This document shows, piece by piece, positions 17,930 through 27,310 of a stretch of 64,000 bases of DNA. The notes below the pieces were generated by a model. The model did no database searches. It worked only from the letters and a program-made list of their open reading frames with translations, and was not told where the DNA came from. The position numbers and the translations under genes are program-made. The stretch is from Spirochaetia bacterium (lineage in GTDB: Bacteria; Spirochaetota; Spirochaetia; SZUA-6; Bin103): assembly GCA_965203515.1 (NCBI GenBank), contig OZ241907.1, positions 2,976,001 through 3,040,000 on the forward strand. The letters are read 5' to 3'. Positions within the stretch are counted from its first letter, which is position 1. Each line of letters starts with the position of its first letter.

Positions 17930-18931
17930 ATGTCATCCTCCTCCGCACCGGTGCACATCCGCGCCGCCGGCCTCACCAAGCGCTTTCGGGTCGCCGAGCG
18001 CCGGCCGGGCATGCTCGGCGCGCTTGCCGGCGTGGTGCGCCGCCGCCATCGCCTGGTCACGGCCGTGGAGGATGTCTCGTTTTCGGTCCGGCGCGGCGAG
18101 CTGGTCGGCTACATCGGCCCCAATGGCGCCGGCAAGAGCACCACCGTCAAGCTGCTGTCGGGGATCCTGGTGCCGGACGCCGGCACCTGCGTGATCGACG
18201 GCATGACGCCGTGGACCGACCGGCGGCGGTACGTCGCCTCCATCGGCGCGGTGTTCGGGCAGCGCACGCAGCTCTTGTGGGACTTGCCGGTGACGGAATC
18301 GTTCGATCTGCTGCGCGACATCTACCGCGTGCCGGCCGGCCGCTATGCAAAGACGCGGGCGGAGATGGTCGACCTGCTCGACCTGCAGGCGCTGCTCGAC
18401 ACGCCGGCGCGGCAGCTCAGCCTGGGCCAGCGCATGCGTTGCGATCTGGCCGCGGCGCTGCTGCACGCGCCGCGGCTCTTGTTCCTGGACGAGCCGACGA
18501 TCGGCCTGGACGCCGTCGCCAAGCTCGCCGTGCGCGACTTCATCGGCCGGCTGCGCGAGCGCGGCGTGACCGTGATCCTCACCACCCATGACATGGACGA
18601 CATAGAGACGCTTTGCGACCGGGTGATCGTCATCAGCGCCGGCCGCATCGTCCTGGACGGGTCGGTCGCCGAACTGCGCGCCGCGTCGGCCGGCGAGCGC
18701 TACCTGTCGGTCGACCTGGAGCACGGCGCCGACGCCGGCGACCTGCGCGTCTCCGACGCCCAGGTGGTCGAACGCCGCGGACACCGCCTGCGCCTGCGGT
18801 TCGATCCCCGCAACGTGCCGGCCGCGGCGCTGATCCGCGCCGTCACCGACCGCTGCGCGGTCCGCGATCTGTTCGTTGAAGCTCCGCCGATCGAGCGGAT
18901 CATCGCCGAGCTCTACCGCCGCCACGGCTGA
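17930..18931 (+). CDS. ABC transporter ATP-binding protein
   Basis: GPNGAGKST, LSLGQRMR, LFLDEPT, TTH. Confidence 0.92.
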   Translation: MSSSSAPVHIRAAGLTKRFRVAERRPGMLGALAGVVRRRHRLVTAVEDVSFSVRRGELVGYIGPNGAGKSTTVKLLSGILVPDAGTCVIDGMTPWTDRRRYVASIGAVFGQRTQLLWDLPVTESFDLLRDIYRVPAGRYAKTRAEMVDLLDLQALLDTPARQLSLGQRMRCDLAAALLHAPRLLFLDEPTIGLDAVAKLAVRDFIGRLRERGVTVILTTHDMDDIETLCDRVIVISAGRIVLDGSVAELRAASAGERYLSVDLEHGADAGDLRVSDAQVVERRGHRLRLRFDPRNVPAAALIRAVTDRCAVRDLFVEAPPIERIIAELYRRHG

Positions 18932-18934
18932 TCG

Positions 18935-19768
18935 ATGGCCGCCGTCCCGCCGCTGCGCGGCTATGCCGCGCTGGCCGGCGCGCGCCTGCGCGCCATGCTG
19001 CAGTACCGCGCGGCGGCGCTCGCCGCCCTCACCACGCAGCTCTTCTGGGGCCTGCTGCGCTTGATGATCCTGGACGGGTTCTACCGCAGCGCGCCGCAGG
19101 CGAGCGACTTCGGCACCGAGCACCTGGCCTCCTACGTCTGGTTGGGGCAGGCGCTGTTCGCGCTCTTTCCGCACGCCGTCGACCCGGTGGTCGCCGAACG
19201 AGTGCGCGGCGGCGCGGTCGCCTACGAGCTGCTGCGGCCGCTCGACCTGTACGCCCACTGGGCGGTCAGCGTCACCGGCTGGCGGGTCGGCATGACCGTG
19301 CTGCGCGCCGTGCCGATGGTGCTGATCGCCGCCGCGGCGCTGCCGCTGCTCGGCGTACGGGAGTGGAGCCTGGGTCCGCCGGCCGGCGCGGCCGCGGCGC
19401 TCGGCTTTGCCGCCAGCGTCACGCTGGGGCTGCTGATCGGCACGGCGATCACGCTGGTGGGGCAGGCGATGCTGCTGCGCACCCTCAGCGCCGCCGGCTG
19501 GAACGCGCTCCTGCCGGCGGTGATGTGGTTCTGCTCCGGCGCGCTGGTGCCGCTGCCGTACCTGGCCGATTGGGCGCAGGCGGCGCTGACGCTGCTGCCG
19601 TTCGCGGGGCTGATGGACACGCCGTTCCGCATCTATACCGGCCACCTGGCCGGCGCCGCGGCGGCGCAGGCGCTGCTGGTGCAGGCGGCGTGGGTGGTGG
19701 CGCTGGTGGCGGTCGGCCGCCTGCTGCTTGCGCGCGGCGTCCGCCGGGTCGTGATCCAGGGTGGTTAG
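18935..19768 (+). CDS. ABC-2 family permease (DUF990-like)
   Basis: Multi-TM protein, LQYR..., YELLRP; adjacent to the ATPase. Confidence 0.88.
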   Translation: MAAVPPLRGYAALAGARLRAMLQYRAAALAALTTQLFWGLLRLMILDGFYRSAPQASDFGTEHLASYVWLGQALFALFPHAVDPVVAERVRGGAVAYELLRPLDLYAHWAVSVTGWRVGMTVLRAVPMVLIAAAALPLLGVREWSLGPPAGAAAALGFAASVTLGLLIGTAITLVGQAMLLRTLSAAGWNALLPAVMWFCSGALVPLPYLADWAQAALTLLPFAGLMDTPFRIYTGHLAGAAAAQALLVQAAWVVALVAVGRLLLARGVRRVVIQGG

Positions 19769-19775
19769 GCTCGGC

Positions 19776-20600
19776 ATGAGCCGGCCCGATCGGCGCCGCC
19801 CCGGGGCGTTGCGCATGATCGGCCGCTACGCGGCGGCCAACCTGCGCTCGCACCTGCAGTACCGCGCGTCGTTCCTGATGGAGGCGCTCGGGCAGTTCCT
19901 GGTCGCGGTCGTGGAGTTCCTGGCGATCTGGGCCCTGTTCGGACGGTTCGGCAACATCAAGGGCTGGACGCTGCCGGAGGTGGCGCTGTTCTACGGCGTC
20001 GTGCACGTGGTGTTCGCGGTGGCCGATACGGTCGCCCGCGGCTTCGACCGGTTCAGCGTCCACGTCCGCGACGGCACCTTCGACCGCGTGCTGCTCCGCC
20101 CGCGCGCGCCGTTGCTGCAGGTGCTCGGCCTGGAGCTCGCCCCGAAGCGGATCGGCCGGCTGCTGCAGGGCACGGCGGTGCTGATCTGGGCGCTGAGCCG
20201 TCTGCCGGGCGGCCCCACCGCCGGCGACGCCGCCCTGCTGCTCTGGTCGGCGTCGGGCGCGTTCGCGGCCTTCTTCTCGCTGTTCCTGCTGGCGGCTGCC
20301 CTCACCTTCTGGAGCACCGAGACGCTGGAGATCATCAACATCGTCTCGCACGGCGGGGTGGAGGCGACGCAGTACCCGATCGCCGTGTTCGGCCGCGCGC
20401 TCCGCTACCTGTTTCTGTTCGTGGTGCCGATCGGCACGGTGACCTACTTTCCGGTGGCGGCCGTCCTGGGCCGCCCCGACCCGCTGCCGGCGCCGCCGGC
20501 GGCCGCCTGGCTCGCGCCGTGCGCGGGGTTCGTCTTCCTGGCCATGGCGGTCGGGCTGTGGCGGCTCGGCGTGCGGCGCTATACTTCCACCGGCTCGTAA
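19776..20600 (+). CDS. ABC-2 family permease (DUF990-like)
   Basis: LQYRASF, GTFDRVLLRP, YPIAVF, RRYTSTGS. Confidence 0.88.
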   Translation: MSRPDRRRPGALRMIGRYAAANLRSHLQYRASFLMEALGQFLVAVVEFLAIWALFGRFGNIKGWTLPEVALFYGVVHVVFAVADTVARGFDRFSVHVRDGTFDRVLLRPRAPLLQVLGLELAPKRIGRLLQGTAVLIWALSRLPGGPTAGDAALLLWSASGAFAAFFSLFLLAAALTFWSTETLEIINIVSHGGVEATQYPIAVFGRALRYLFLFVVPIGTVTYFPVAAVLGRPDPLPAPPAAAWLAPCAGFVFLAMAVGLWRLGVRRYTSTGS

Positions 20601-20642
20601 AGCCGCGCGCACGGACCGCGTCCCGGGATTTATACTCGGCCC

Positions 20643-21026
20643 GTGCCCGATCGCTCAGGAGACTGGCTCTCGCAGGCCAAGCGCAACCTCGAGCAGGCGC
20701 TGGCATCGCGCGACGAAGGACGGGACGAATGGGCCTGCTTCGCTGCGCACCAGGCGGCGGAACTGGCGGTCAAGGCGCTCCACCTGGCCTGCGGCCAGGA
20801 AGCGTGGGGTCATGTCTTGACGCGGTTGCTGGCCGATCTTCCGCAACCGGTCGAACCGGCGCTGCTCGAACGCGCTCGCGTGCTGGACAACTATTACGTA
20901 CCCACGCGCTACCCCAACGGCCATGCGGAAGGGCCTCCGTTCGAGCACTACGGCCCACTTCAGAGCAGGGAGGCCATCGCGCATGCCAGTGCGATCATTG
21001 ACCACGTCAGTGCTGCGGTGGCCTAG
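20643..21026 (+). CDS. HEPN domain protein
   Basis: WACFAAHQAAELAVKA, WGH, LDNYYVPTRYPN. Confidence 0.9.
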   Translation: MPDRSGDWLSQAKRNLEQALASRDEGRDEWACFAAHQAAELAVKALHLACGQEAWGHVLTRLLADLPQPVEPALLERARVLDNYYVPTRYPNGHAEGPPFEHYGPLQSREAIAHASAIIDHVSAAVA

Positions 21027-21378
21027 CCGCGAGGCGGTCCGGGCCGCCGTCGTCGGCTGGGCACGGAACGCCGCCGACCGGGATCGGTCGATCCGCAGGA
21101 TCGGCTACTTCGGCTCCTGCGCGCGCGGCGACTGGGGCGTCGGCAGCGACCTCGACCTGATTCTGATACTCGACGAGACCGCGACCGCCCGGGACGCGCG
21201 CTTCGATACGACCGACCTGCCGGTAGCGGCGGACGTAACGGTGTTCACGGAGGCGCAATGGCATGCACGCCTCCTGCGCCGAGATCGCTTCGCCCGCGTG
21301 TTGCAGACTGAGACGGTCTGGCTCCATCCCCGCCACGTGCGCGACGCGGAGTTTGACCCGGCGGCGGCGCGGCGGTAG
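20983..21378 (+). CDS. Minimal nucleotidyltransferase (MNT), HEPN partner
   Basis: GYFGSCARGDWGVGSDLDL; overlaps the HEPN gene. Confidence 0.88.
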   Translation: MPVRSLTTSVLRWPSREAVRAAVVGWARNAADRDRSIRRIGYFGSCARGDWGVGSDLDLILILDETATARDARFDTTDLPVAADVTVFTEAQWHARLLRRDRFARVLQTETVWLHPRHVRDAEFDPAAARR

Positions 21379-21424
21379 ACTGCGGGCGGTTTCCGGGTCC
21401 GGTTCGGGCCCGCCTCCCGCCTGC

Positions 21425-22972
21425 ATGCAAGACCGCTTGTTGGAGACGTACCGGAACAAGCGCGCCGAGGCCGAGGCCGGCGGCGGCGCCAAGCGCATCG
21501 CGGCGCAGCACGCCAAGGGCAAGCTGACGGCGCGCGAGCGGATCGCCGCGCTGGTCGACCCCGATTCGTTCATCGAGCAGCAGCCGTTCGTGACGGTGCG
21601 GTCGACCGACTTCGGCATGGACCGGCAGCGCGTGCCCGGCGACGGCGTGGTGACCGGCAGCGCCAAGATCGACGGCCGGCAGGTGTTCGTGGCCGCGCAG
21701 GACTTCACCGTGGTCGGCGGCACGTTGGGCGAGATGCACGCGCAGCGGATCGCCGCCGCGCAGCACCTGGCGCTGGAATCCGGCGTGCCGTTCATCCAGA
21801 TCAACGACTCCGGCGGCGCCCGCATCCAGGAAGGGGTCCTGTCGCTGGACGGCTATGCCCGGATCTTTCGCGCCAACACCCTGTCCTCCGGCGTGATCCC
21901 GCAGTTCTCGGTGATCCTGGGGCCGTGCGCCGGCGGCGCGGTCTACTCGCCGGCGATCACGGACTTCATCTTCATGGTCGACACGATCAGCAACATGTAC
22001 ATCACCGGGCCGGACGTCATCCGCGCGGTGACGGGCGAGCAGATCTCGCACGGCGACCTGGGCGGCGCCGTCCCGCACGCGGCGACCAGCGGCGTCGCGC
22101 ACTTCCGCTTTGCGGACGAACCGCAGTGCCTGGCCGGCCTGCGGCGGCTGCTCGGCTACCTGCCGCTCAACAATCAGGAGCCGCCGCCGCTGCTGCCGGT
22201 CACCGACCCGATCGACCGCGCCACCCAAGGCATCGACGATCTGATCCCCGACGACGCGCGCCGCCCCTTCGACGTGCGCGCCATGGTCGCCGAGGCGTTC
22301 GATCGCGGCTCGTTCATCGAGGTGCAGCCGGAGTTCGCCCGGAACGTGGTGGTCGGCTTCGCCAGGCTGGCCGGCCGCACCGTGGGCGTGTTCGCCAACC
22401 AGCCGAGCGTCTACGCCGCCTCCCTGGACATCGATTCATCGGACAAGGCAGCCCGCTTCCTGCGCTTCTGCGATGCGTTCAACGTGCCGATCGTGTCGCT
22501 GGTCGACGTCCCCGGCTTCCTGCCGGGCGTCACGCAGGAGCACGGCGGCATCATCCGCCACGGCGCCAAGATCCTGTACGCGATCGCCGAGGCGACCGTG
22601 CCCAAGGTGGCGCTGATCGTGCGCAAGGCATACGGCGGCGCCTTCATCGCCATGGCGTCCAAGTCGCTCGGCTACGATCGCGTGCTGGCGTTTCCGAGCG
22701 CGGAGATCGCGGTCCTGGGCGCCGAAGGGGCGGCCAACATCATCTTCCGCCGCGACATCGCCGCCGCCGAGGACCCCGCGGCCATGCGCCGGGAAAAGGT
22801 GGAGGAGTTCCGCGAGACCGTGATGAATCCGTTCATCGCCGCCGGCCACGGCTTCATCGACGACGTCATCGAGCCCGCCGCCACCCGGATCGAGCTGGTG
22901 CGCTCCATCGAGATGCTGGCCCGCAAGCGCCAGGACCGCCCGGCGAAGAAGCACGGCAACATTCCCCTGTAG
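21425..22972 (+). CDS. mmdA: Methylmalonyl-CoA decarboxylase alpha / acyl-CoA carboxyltransferase subunit
   Basis: GKLTARERI, QDFTVVGGTLG, DSGGARIQEG, GPCAGGAVYSPA, DVPGFLPG, RKAYGGA, KKHGNIPL; next to Na+-pump subunits. Confidence 0.88.
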   Translation: MQDRLLETYRNKRAEAEAGGGAKRIAAQHAKGKLTARERIAALVDPDSFIEQQPFVTVRSTDFGMDRQRVPGDGVVTGSAKIDGRQVFVAAQDFTVVGGTLGEMHAQRIAAAQHLALESGVPFIQINDSGGARIQEGVLSLDGYARIFRANTLSSGVIPQFSVILGPCAGGAVYSPAITDFIFMVDTISNMYITGPDVIRAVTGEQISHGDLGGAVPHAATSGVAHFRFADEPQCLAGLRRLLGYLPLNNQEPPPLLPVTDPIDRATQGIDDLIPDDARRPFDVRAMVAEAFDRGSFIEVQPEFARNVVVGFARLAGRTVGVFANQPSVYAASLDIDSSDKAARFLRFCDAFNVPIVSLVDVPGFLPGVTQEHGGIIRHGAKILYAIAEATVPKVALIVRKAYGGAFIAMASKSLGYDRVLAFPSAEIAVLGAEGAANIIFRRDIAAAEDPAAMRREKVEEFRETVMNPFIAAGHGFIDDVIEPAATRIELVRSIEMLARKRQDRPAKKHGNIPL

Positions 22973-22976
22973 CGCC

Positions 22977-23321
22977 ATGAATGCCCAGCCGTCCCTAGTG
23001 GCCATCGTCCTGCTCGGCATGGGGGTCGTATTCGTCTTTCTGGTCTTTCTGAGCGCGATGATGGCGGCGCTCACGGCGGTCGCCGGCCGGCGCGCGGCGA
23101 CTCCCGCCGGCTCGCCGCCGGTTGCGGAACCGGCCGGACCCGGCAGCCCCGGATGGATCGTCGCGGCCACCGCCGCCTTTCTGGCCGCCGAGCAGGCCGC
23201 CGCGCGGTTGCCGAGCGCCGCCGCATGGCGGCCGTACGACACGGCGGACGCGGTGCGCTGGCGGCTGGGAGCCGCGCCGGCCTACCGCGGCGGCATGCCC
23301 GAACGGCCGGCCACGCCATGA
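22977..23321 (+). CDS. OadG-family (delta) subunit of a Na+-translocating decarboxylase
   Basis: GMGVVFVFLVFL single TM, Pro/Ala linker, AAxAA motif. Confidence 0.8.
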   Translation: MNAQPSLVAIVLLGMGVVFVFLVFLSAMMAALTAVAGRRAATPAGSPPVAEPAGPGSPGWIVAATAAFLAAEQAAARLPSAAAWRPYDTADAVRWRLGAAPAYRGGMPERPATP

Positions 23322-23776
23322 GCACGATCCGATTCCGCTACGAGGGGGTCCTCTACGAGGTCGACGTCGTCCGGGACGGGGATACCCTTGCGATCACCCA
23401 CGAAGGGCGCACCTACCGCGTCGACCTGGAGCCGGAAGCGGCGCCCGCGGACCGGCCGGCGCCCCCCCCTCCCCCGACGTCACCGCCTCCCGCCTCACGT
23501 CCGCCGGCCGCGCCTGCGCCGACCGCGCCTGCGCCGGCCGCTCCCCCGCCCGCGTCGGCGGGGCCGGGCGTGCTGCCGGCGCCGATGGCCGGTACCGTCA
23601 AGGAGGTCAAGGTCACGGCCGGCGAACAGGTGAGCGCCGGCCAGCTCGTCATCGTCATGGAAGCGATGAAGATGGATATCGACGTCACCGCCCCGGCCGC
23701 CGGCACCGTGGCCCAGGTGCACGTGAGCCCCGGCGACAACCGCGCGGCAGGCCAACCCCTGCTCACCATCAGGTAG
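23318..23776 (+). CDS. Biotin carboxyl carrier (gamma) subunit
   Basis: Pro/Ala linker, APMAG, EAMKM biotinylation motif. Confidence 0.92.
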   Translation: MSTIRFRYEGVLYEVDVVRDGDTLAITHEGRTYRVDLEPEAAPADRPAPPPPPTSPPPASRPPAAPAPTAPAPAAPPPASAGPGVLPAPMAGTVKEVKVTAGEQVSAGQLVIVMEAMKMDIDVTAPAAGTVAQVHVSPGDNRAAGQPLLTIR

Positions 23777-23790
23777 GCGGCGGCTGATCG

Positions 23791-24915
23791 ATGGGCCTGT
23801 TCGACCAGTTCCTGCAGGCGACCGGCCTGCCCGAGCTGACGCTGCCGCGCGCGGCCATGCTGGCCGTGGCGGGCGTGCTGCTCTACCTGGGCATCGTCCG
23901 TCAATACGAACCGCTGCTGCTGGTGCCGATCGGCTTCGGCGCGCTGCTGGTCAACCTGCCGGGGGTCGACCTGGCCGATCCCGGCGGCCTGCTGGAACAG
24001 ATCTACGCGTTCGGCATCAAGTCCGGCCTCTTTCCGCCGCTGATCTTCCTGGGCATTGGCGCCATGACCGACTTCACGCCGCTGCTGGCGCGGCCGCAGA
24101 CCTTCATCCTGGGAGCGGCCGCGCAGTTCGGGATCTTCGCCACGCTGTTGGGCGCCCGCGCGCTGGGATTCACGTCGCCGGAGGCCGCGTCGATCGCGAT
24201 CATCGGCGGCGCCGACGGTCCCACCGCGATCTACCTCACCGGCAAGCTGGCCGAGCACCTGCTGGGAGCGGTCGCCGTGGCCGCCTACTCCTACATGGCG
24301 CTGGTGCCGATCATCCAGCCGCCGATCATCCGGCTGCTGACCACCCGGCGCGAACGCCGCGTGCACATGGCGGACCTGCGGCCGGTCTCCACCCCGGTGA
24401 AGATCCTGTTTCCGATCCTCACGACCGTGACCGCGGCGCTGGTGGTGCCGGCCGCCGCGCCGCTGATCGGCATGCTGATGCTGGGCAATCTCCTGAAGGA
24501 GGCGAGCGCGCTCTCCGCCAAACTGGAACGCCTGTCGCAGGCCGCGCAGAACGAGATGATCAACATCGTCACGATCCTCCTCGGCCTGTCGGTCGGATCG
24601 CGTATGAGCGCCGACGCGTTCCTGAACGCCCAGACGCTGCAGATCATCGCCCTTGGCCTGATCGCCTTCGCCATCGGCACCTCCTCCGGCGTACTGATGG
24701 GGAAGCTGATGTGCGCGCTCACCGGCGGACGGGTGAATCCCATGATCGGCGCCGCCGGCGTGTCGGCGGTGCCGATGGCGGCCCGCGTGGTGCAGAAGGT
24801 GGGACAGGACGAGGACCCCGGCAACTTCCTGCTGATGAACGCCATGGGGCCGAACGTGGCGGGCGTGATCGGCTCGGCGGTCGCCGCCGGGGTACTGATC
24901 GCCCTGTTCGGATGA
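23791..24915 (+). CDS. Na+-translocating decarboxylase beta subunit (OadB/MmdB)
   Basis: [56 protein letters not shown]. Confidence 0.95.
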   Translation: MGLFDQFLQATGLPELTLPRAAMLAVAGVLLYLGIVRQYEPLLLVPIGFGALLVNLPGVDLADPGGLLEQIYAFGIKSGLFPPLIFLGIGAMTDFTPLLARPQTFILGAAAQFGIFATLLGARALGFTSPEAASIAIIGGADGPTAIYLTGKLAEHLLGAVAVAAYSYMALVPIIQPPIIRLLTTRRERRVHMADLRPVSTPVKILFPILTTVTAALVVPAAAPLIGMLMLGNLLKEASALSAKLERLSQAAQNEMINIVTILLGLSVGSRMSADAFLNAQTLQIIALGLIAFAIGTSSGVLMGKLMCALTGGRVNPMIGAAGVSAVPMAARVVQKVGQDEDPGNFLLMNAMGPNVAGVIGSAVAAGVLIALFG

Positions 24916-24940
24916 GCGGGTCTGGGATGAGCGGATTGAG

Positions 24941-25669
24941 ATGAGCCGGTTGATCGAGTTGCTCGACCGCGTCCGCGAACACACGCCGCGGCCGGCCGGC
25001 TTCGCTGCAAGCGGCAGGGACCGCGACGAGTTCGCGCTGATCGCGCAGGCGACCCCGCAGGCGCTGGCCGACGATCCGGAGTTGGCCGACGTCGACGCGG
25101 ACGCGTTCCTGCTGCGGCCGGGCCGCGCCGACCATCCCGCCCTGCCCGATGCCGCCAAGGTCCTGGGCGACCGCATCTGGGGCGTACGCCTGCCGATGTT
25201 CACCCTGGAGCTGACCAAGTCCCTGGTCGAGATCGGCTGCGACTACGTGATCCTCGACGCCGACGGCACCGATGCGGCGCTGCTGACCCTGCCCGACCTG
25301 GGCATCGTCGTCACCGTCGACCATCGCTCCGACGAGGGGATGATCCGTGCGTTCGCCGAGCTGGCGATCAACGGCATGCTGTTCCGGCCGGCGATCCGCG
25401 AAAAGCCGCTGTCGTTCAACCAGTTGGCGGCCGTCCAGCGCGTCTGCGGCGTCATCGACCGACCGCTGCTGCTGGAGACGCCGGACGGCGTATGCGGCGC
25501 CGATCTGGAGGTGCTGCGCAGCGTGGAGACCACCGGCCTGATCGTCGACGTGCCGCCGGCCGGCCGGCCGGCGGCGGTGCGCCGCTGCATGGGCGAGCTG
25601 CCGCCGCGCTCCGAAAGCCGCATGGTGCGGCGCGCCATGCCGTTCAGCATCGACGACTATGGTCCGTAG
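24941..25669 (+). CDS. Hypothetical protein (possible TIM-barrel / aldolase-like fold)
   Basis: Well-formed ORF with an alternating alpha/beta pattern; no firm motif. Confidence 0.6.
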   Translation: MSRLIELLDRVREHTPRPAGFAASGRDRDEFALIAQATPQALADDPELADVDADAFLLRPGRADHPALPDAAKVLGDRIWGVRLPMFTLELTKSLVEIGCDYVILDADGTDAALLTLPDLGIVVTVDHRSDEGMIRAFAELAINGMLFRPAIREKPLSFNQLAAVQRVCGVIDRPLLLETPDGVCGADLEVLRSVETTGLIVDVPPAGRPAAVRRCMGELPPRSESRMVRRAMPFSIDDYGP

Positions 25670-26054
25670 CCGGGGAGGCAGCGCCACGAGCTTCACCGAC
25701 TACCTCTTCCTGATCCTTGCGCCGACGCTGATATCGATCGGCCAAGTTCTGGTCAAGCGCGCCGCCGGCTCGCTGGTCACGGACTCCGCATTCCGATTCG
25801 TCCGCTCGCTGCTGGCCAGCCCGTACTTCTGGACCGCGCTGGCGGTCTACAGCGCGTCGACGGTCCTGTGGCTGCTCGCACTGACGCGCGTGCCGCTGAG
25901 CAGAGCCATGCCCTTCGCCGCGCTGACCTTCGTCATCGTGCCGATCATCAGCATGCTGGTTCTGGGCGAGAAGCTGAACCTGCTGTTTTGGGCCGGGGTG
26001 GCGATCATCCTGACCGGCGTATACGTCACCGTCGCCGCCCTGCGCCCGACGTGA
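25659..26054 (+). CDS. Small 4-TM DMT/EamA (ArnE/F-like) transporter
   Basis: GQVLVK, WLLALTRVPLSRAMP, LGEK, GVAIILTGV. Confidence 0.85.
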   Translation: MVRSRGGSATSFTDYLFLILAPTLISIGQVLVKRAAGSLVTDSAFRFVRSLLASPYFWTALAVYSASTVLWLLALTRVPLSRAMPFAALTFVIVPIISMLVLGEKLNLLFWAGVAIILTGVYVTVAALRPT

Positions 26055-26091
26055 CCCGCTTGGAGGGGATGGACGCGCACGCGGGCCGCGG

Positions 26092-27027
26092 TCAGCGCCG
26101 CCGCGCGCGCAGGTCACGCACGGTCCGGGCTATCCCTTCGGCAAGCGGCACCTGCGGCCGCCAGCCGAGCGCGGCCGACGCCCGCGTCACGTCGAGCCAG
26201 CTCTCGCGGAGGTCGCCGGGCCGCGCCGGCCCCGCGCGCGCCGTAAGGTCGGAGCCGCACGCGGCGCGTATCAATTCGAACAGATCGCCCGTGGCGACCG
26301 GGCTTCCTCCCGAAATGTTGAACAGCCCCTCGACGCCGCTCTCCAGCGCCCGCAGGTTGGCGCGCGCCACGTCTTCGACGTAGACGTAATCGCGGGTCAT
26401 CCCCGCCGGCTGATCCGGATAGGCAAAGATCACCGGCCGTTCGCCGCGCAGCAGCCGTTCGATGAAGATGGCGACCACTCCGGCCTCGCCATGCGGGTCC
26501 TGCCGAGGTCCGTAGACGTTGCCGTACCGCAGCGCGACCGATTGCAACCCGTATTCCCGGCGATAGTACTCGAGGTAATGCTCGCCGATCAGCTTGTGAA
26601 TCCCGTACGGAGACCGCGGCAGCAGCGGCGCGTCCTCCGCCGTCGGACGCCGAGCCTCCTCGCCGTAGACGGCGCCCCCGCTCGATGCCAGGACGAAGCG
26701 CCCGACCTCGTGCTCCACGCAGCCTTGCAGCGTACGGAGCAAGCCGAGCACGTTGACGCGAGCGTCGAGCTCCGGATCGCGTACGGAAGCCGGGATGCTT
26801 ATCTGCGCGGCGTGATGGCTGACCAGATACGGCCGTTCCTTGGCGAGGATCGCCGAGAACTCCGGCCCGCCGACGTCGGCGACGTACAGCCGCGCGCCGC
26901 GCGGCGCCTGCCCGGCGCGGCCGCTCCGCAGGTTGTCGACGATCGCCACGTCATGCCCGGCGGCAAGCAACGCATCGGCCACGTGCGAGCCGATGAAGCC
27001 GGCCCCGCCGGTAACCAGGACCTTCAT
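26092..27027 (-). CDS. NAD-dependent epimerase/dehydratase (UDP-glucose 4-epimerase-like)
   Basis: TGGAGFIGSH, SSGGAVYG, YGIHK (YxxxK), RYGNVYGPRQ. Confidence 0.93.
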   Translation of the reverse strand: MKVLVTGGAGFIGSHVADALLAAGHDVAIVDNLRSGRAGQAPRGARLYVADVGGPEFSAILAKERPYLVSHHAAQISIPASVRDPELDARVNVLGLLRTLQGCVEHEVGRFVLASSGGAVYGEEARRPTAEDAPLLPRSPYGIHKLIGEHYLEYYRREYGLQSVALRYGNVYGPRQDPHGEAGVVAIFIERLLRGERPVIFAYPDQPAGMTRDYVYVEDVARANLRALESGVEGLFNISGGSPVATGDLFELIRAACGSDLTARAGPARPGDLRESWLDVTRASAALGWRPQVPLAEGIARTVRDLRARRR

Positions 27028-27310
27028 GTATGGGGGAGACTCCGACGGTACTCCACGCGGTATCTCCCGTCAAAGGCGCGCCGGCGATTCCGCGCCCCGG
27101 CATCCACGCCGGCGGCGCGCAGCCCACGGCCCTGCCGTGATCTTGAAATCGCGCGGCGCGCCCCGGTACCATGCGGCCGATGCGTCGCGGCGTTTGCCGC
27201 GACCGATCCGTATAAGGAGTGCCGAAGTGCGAGGAGGCGACCACGCCGGCCCCGCGCGCCCACGCGGCGGCGCCTCCCGCGGCGAACCGCTGCCGAGGGC
27301 GGTTCGCCGG

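Noticed and set aside
21425..24915. Na+-translocating decarboxylase cluster as a novel system
   Set aside because: It has the standard alpha-delta-gamma-beta organisation of a well-known enzyme.
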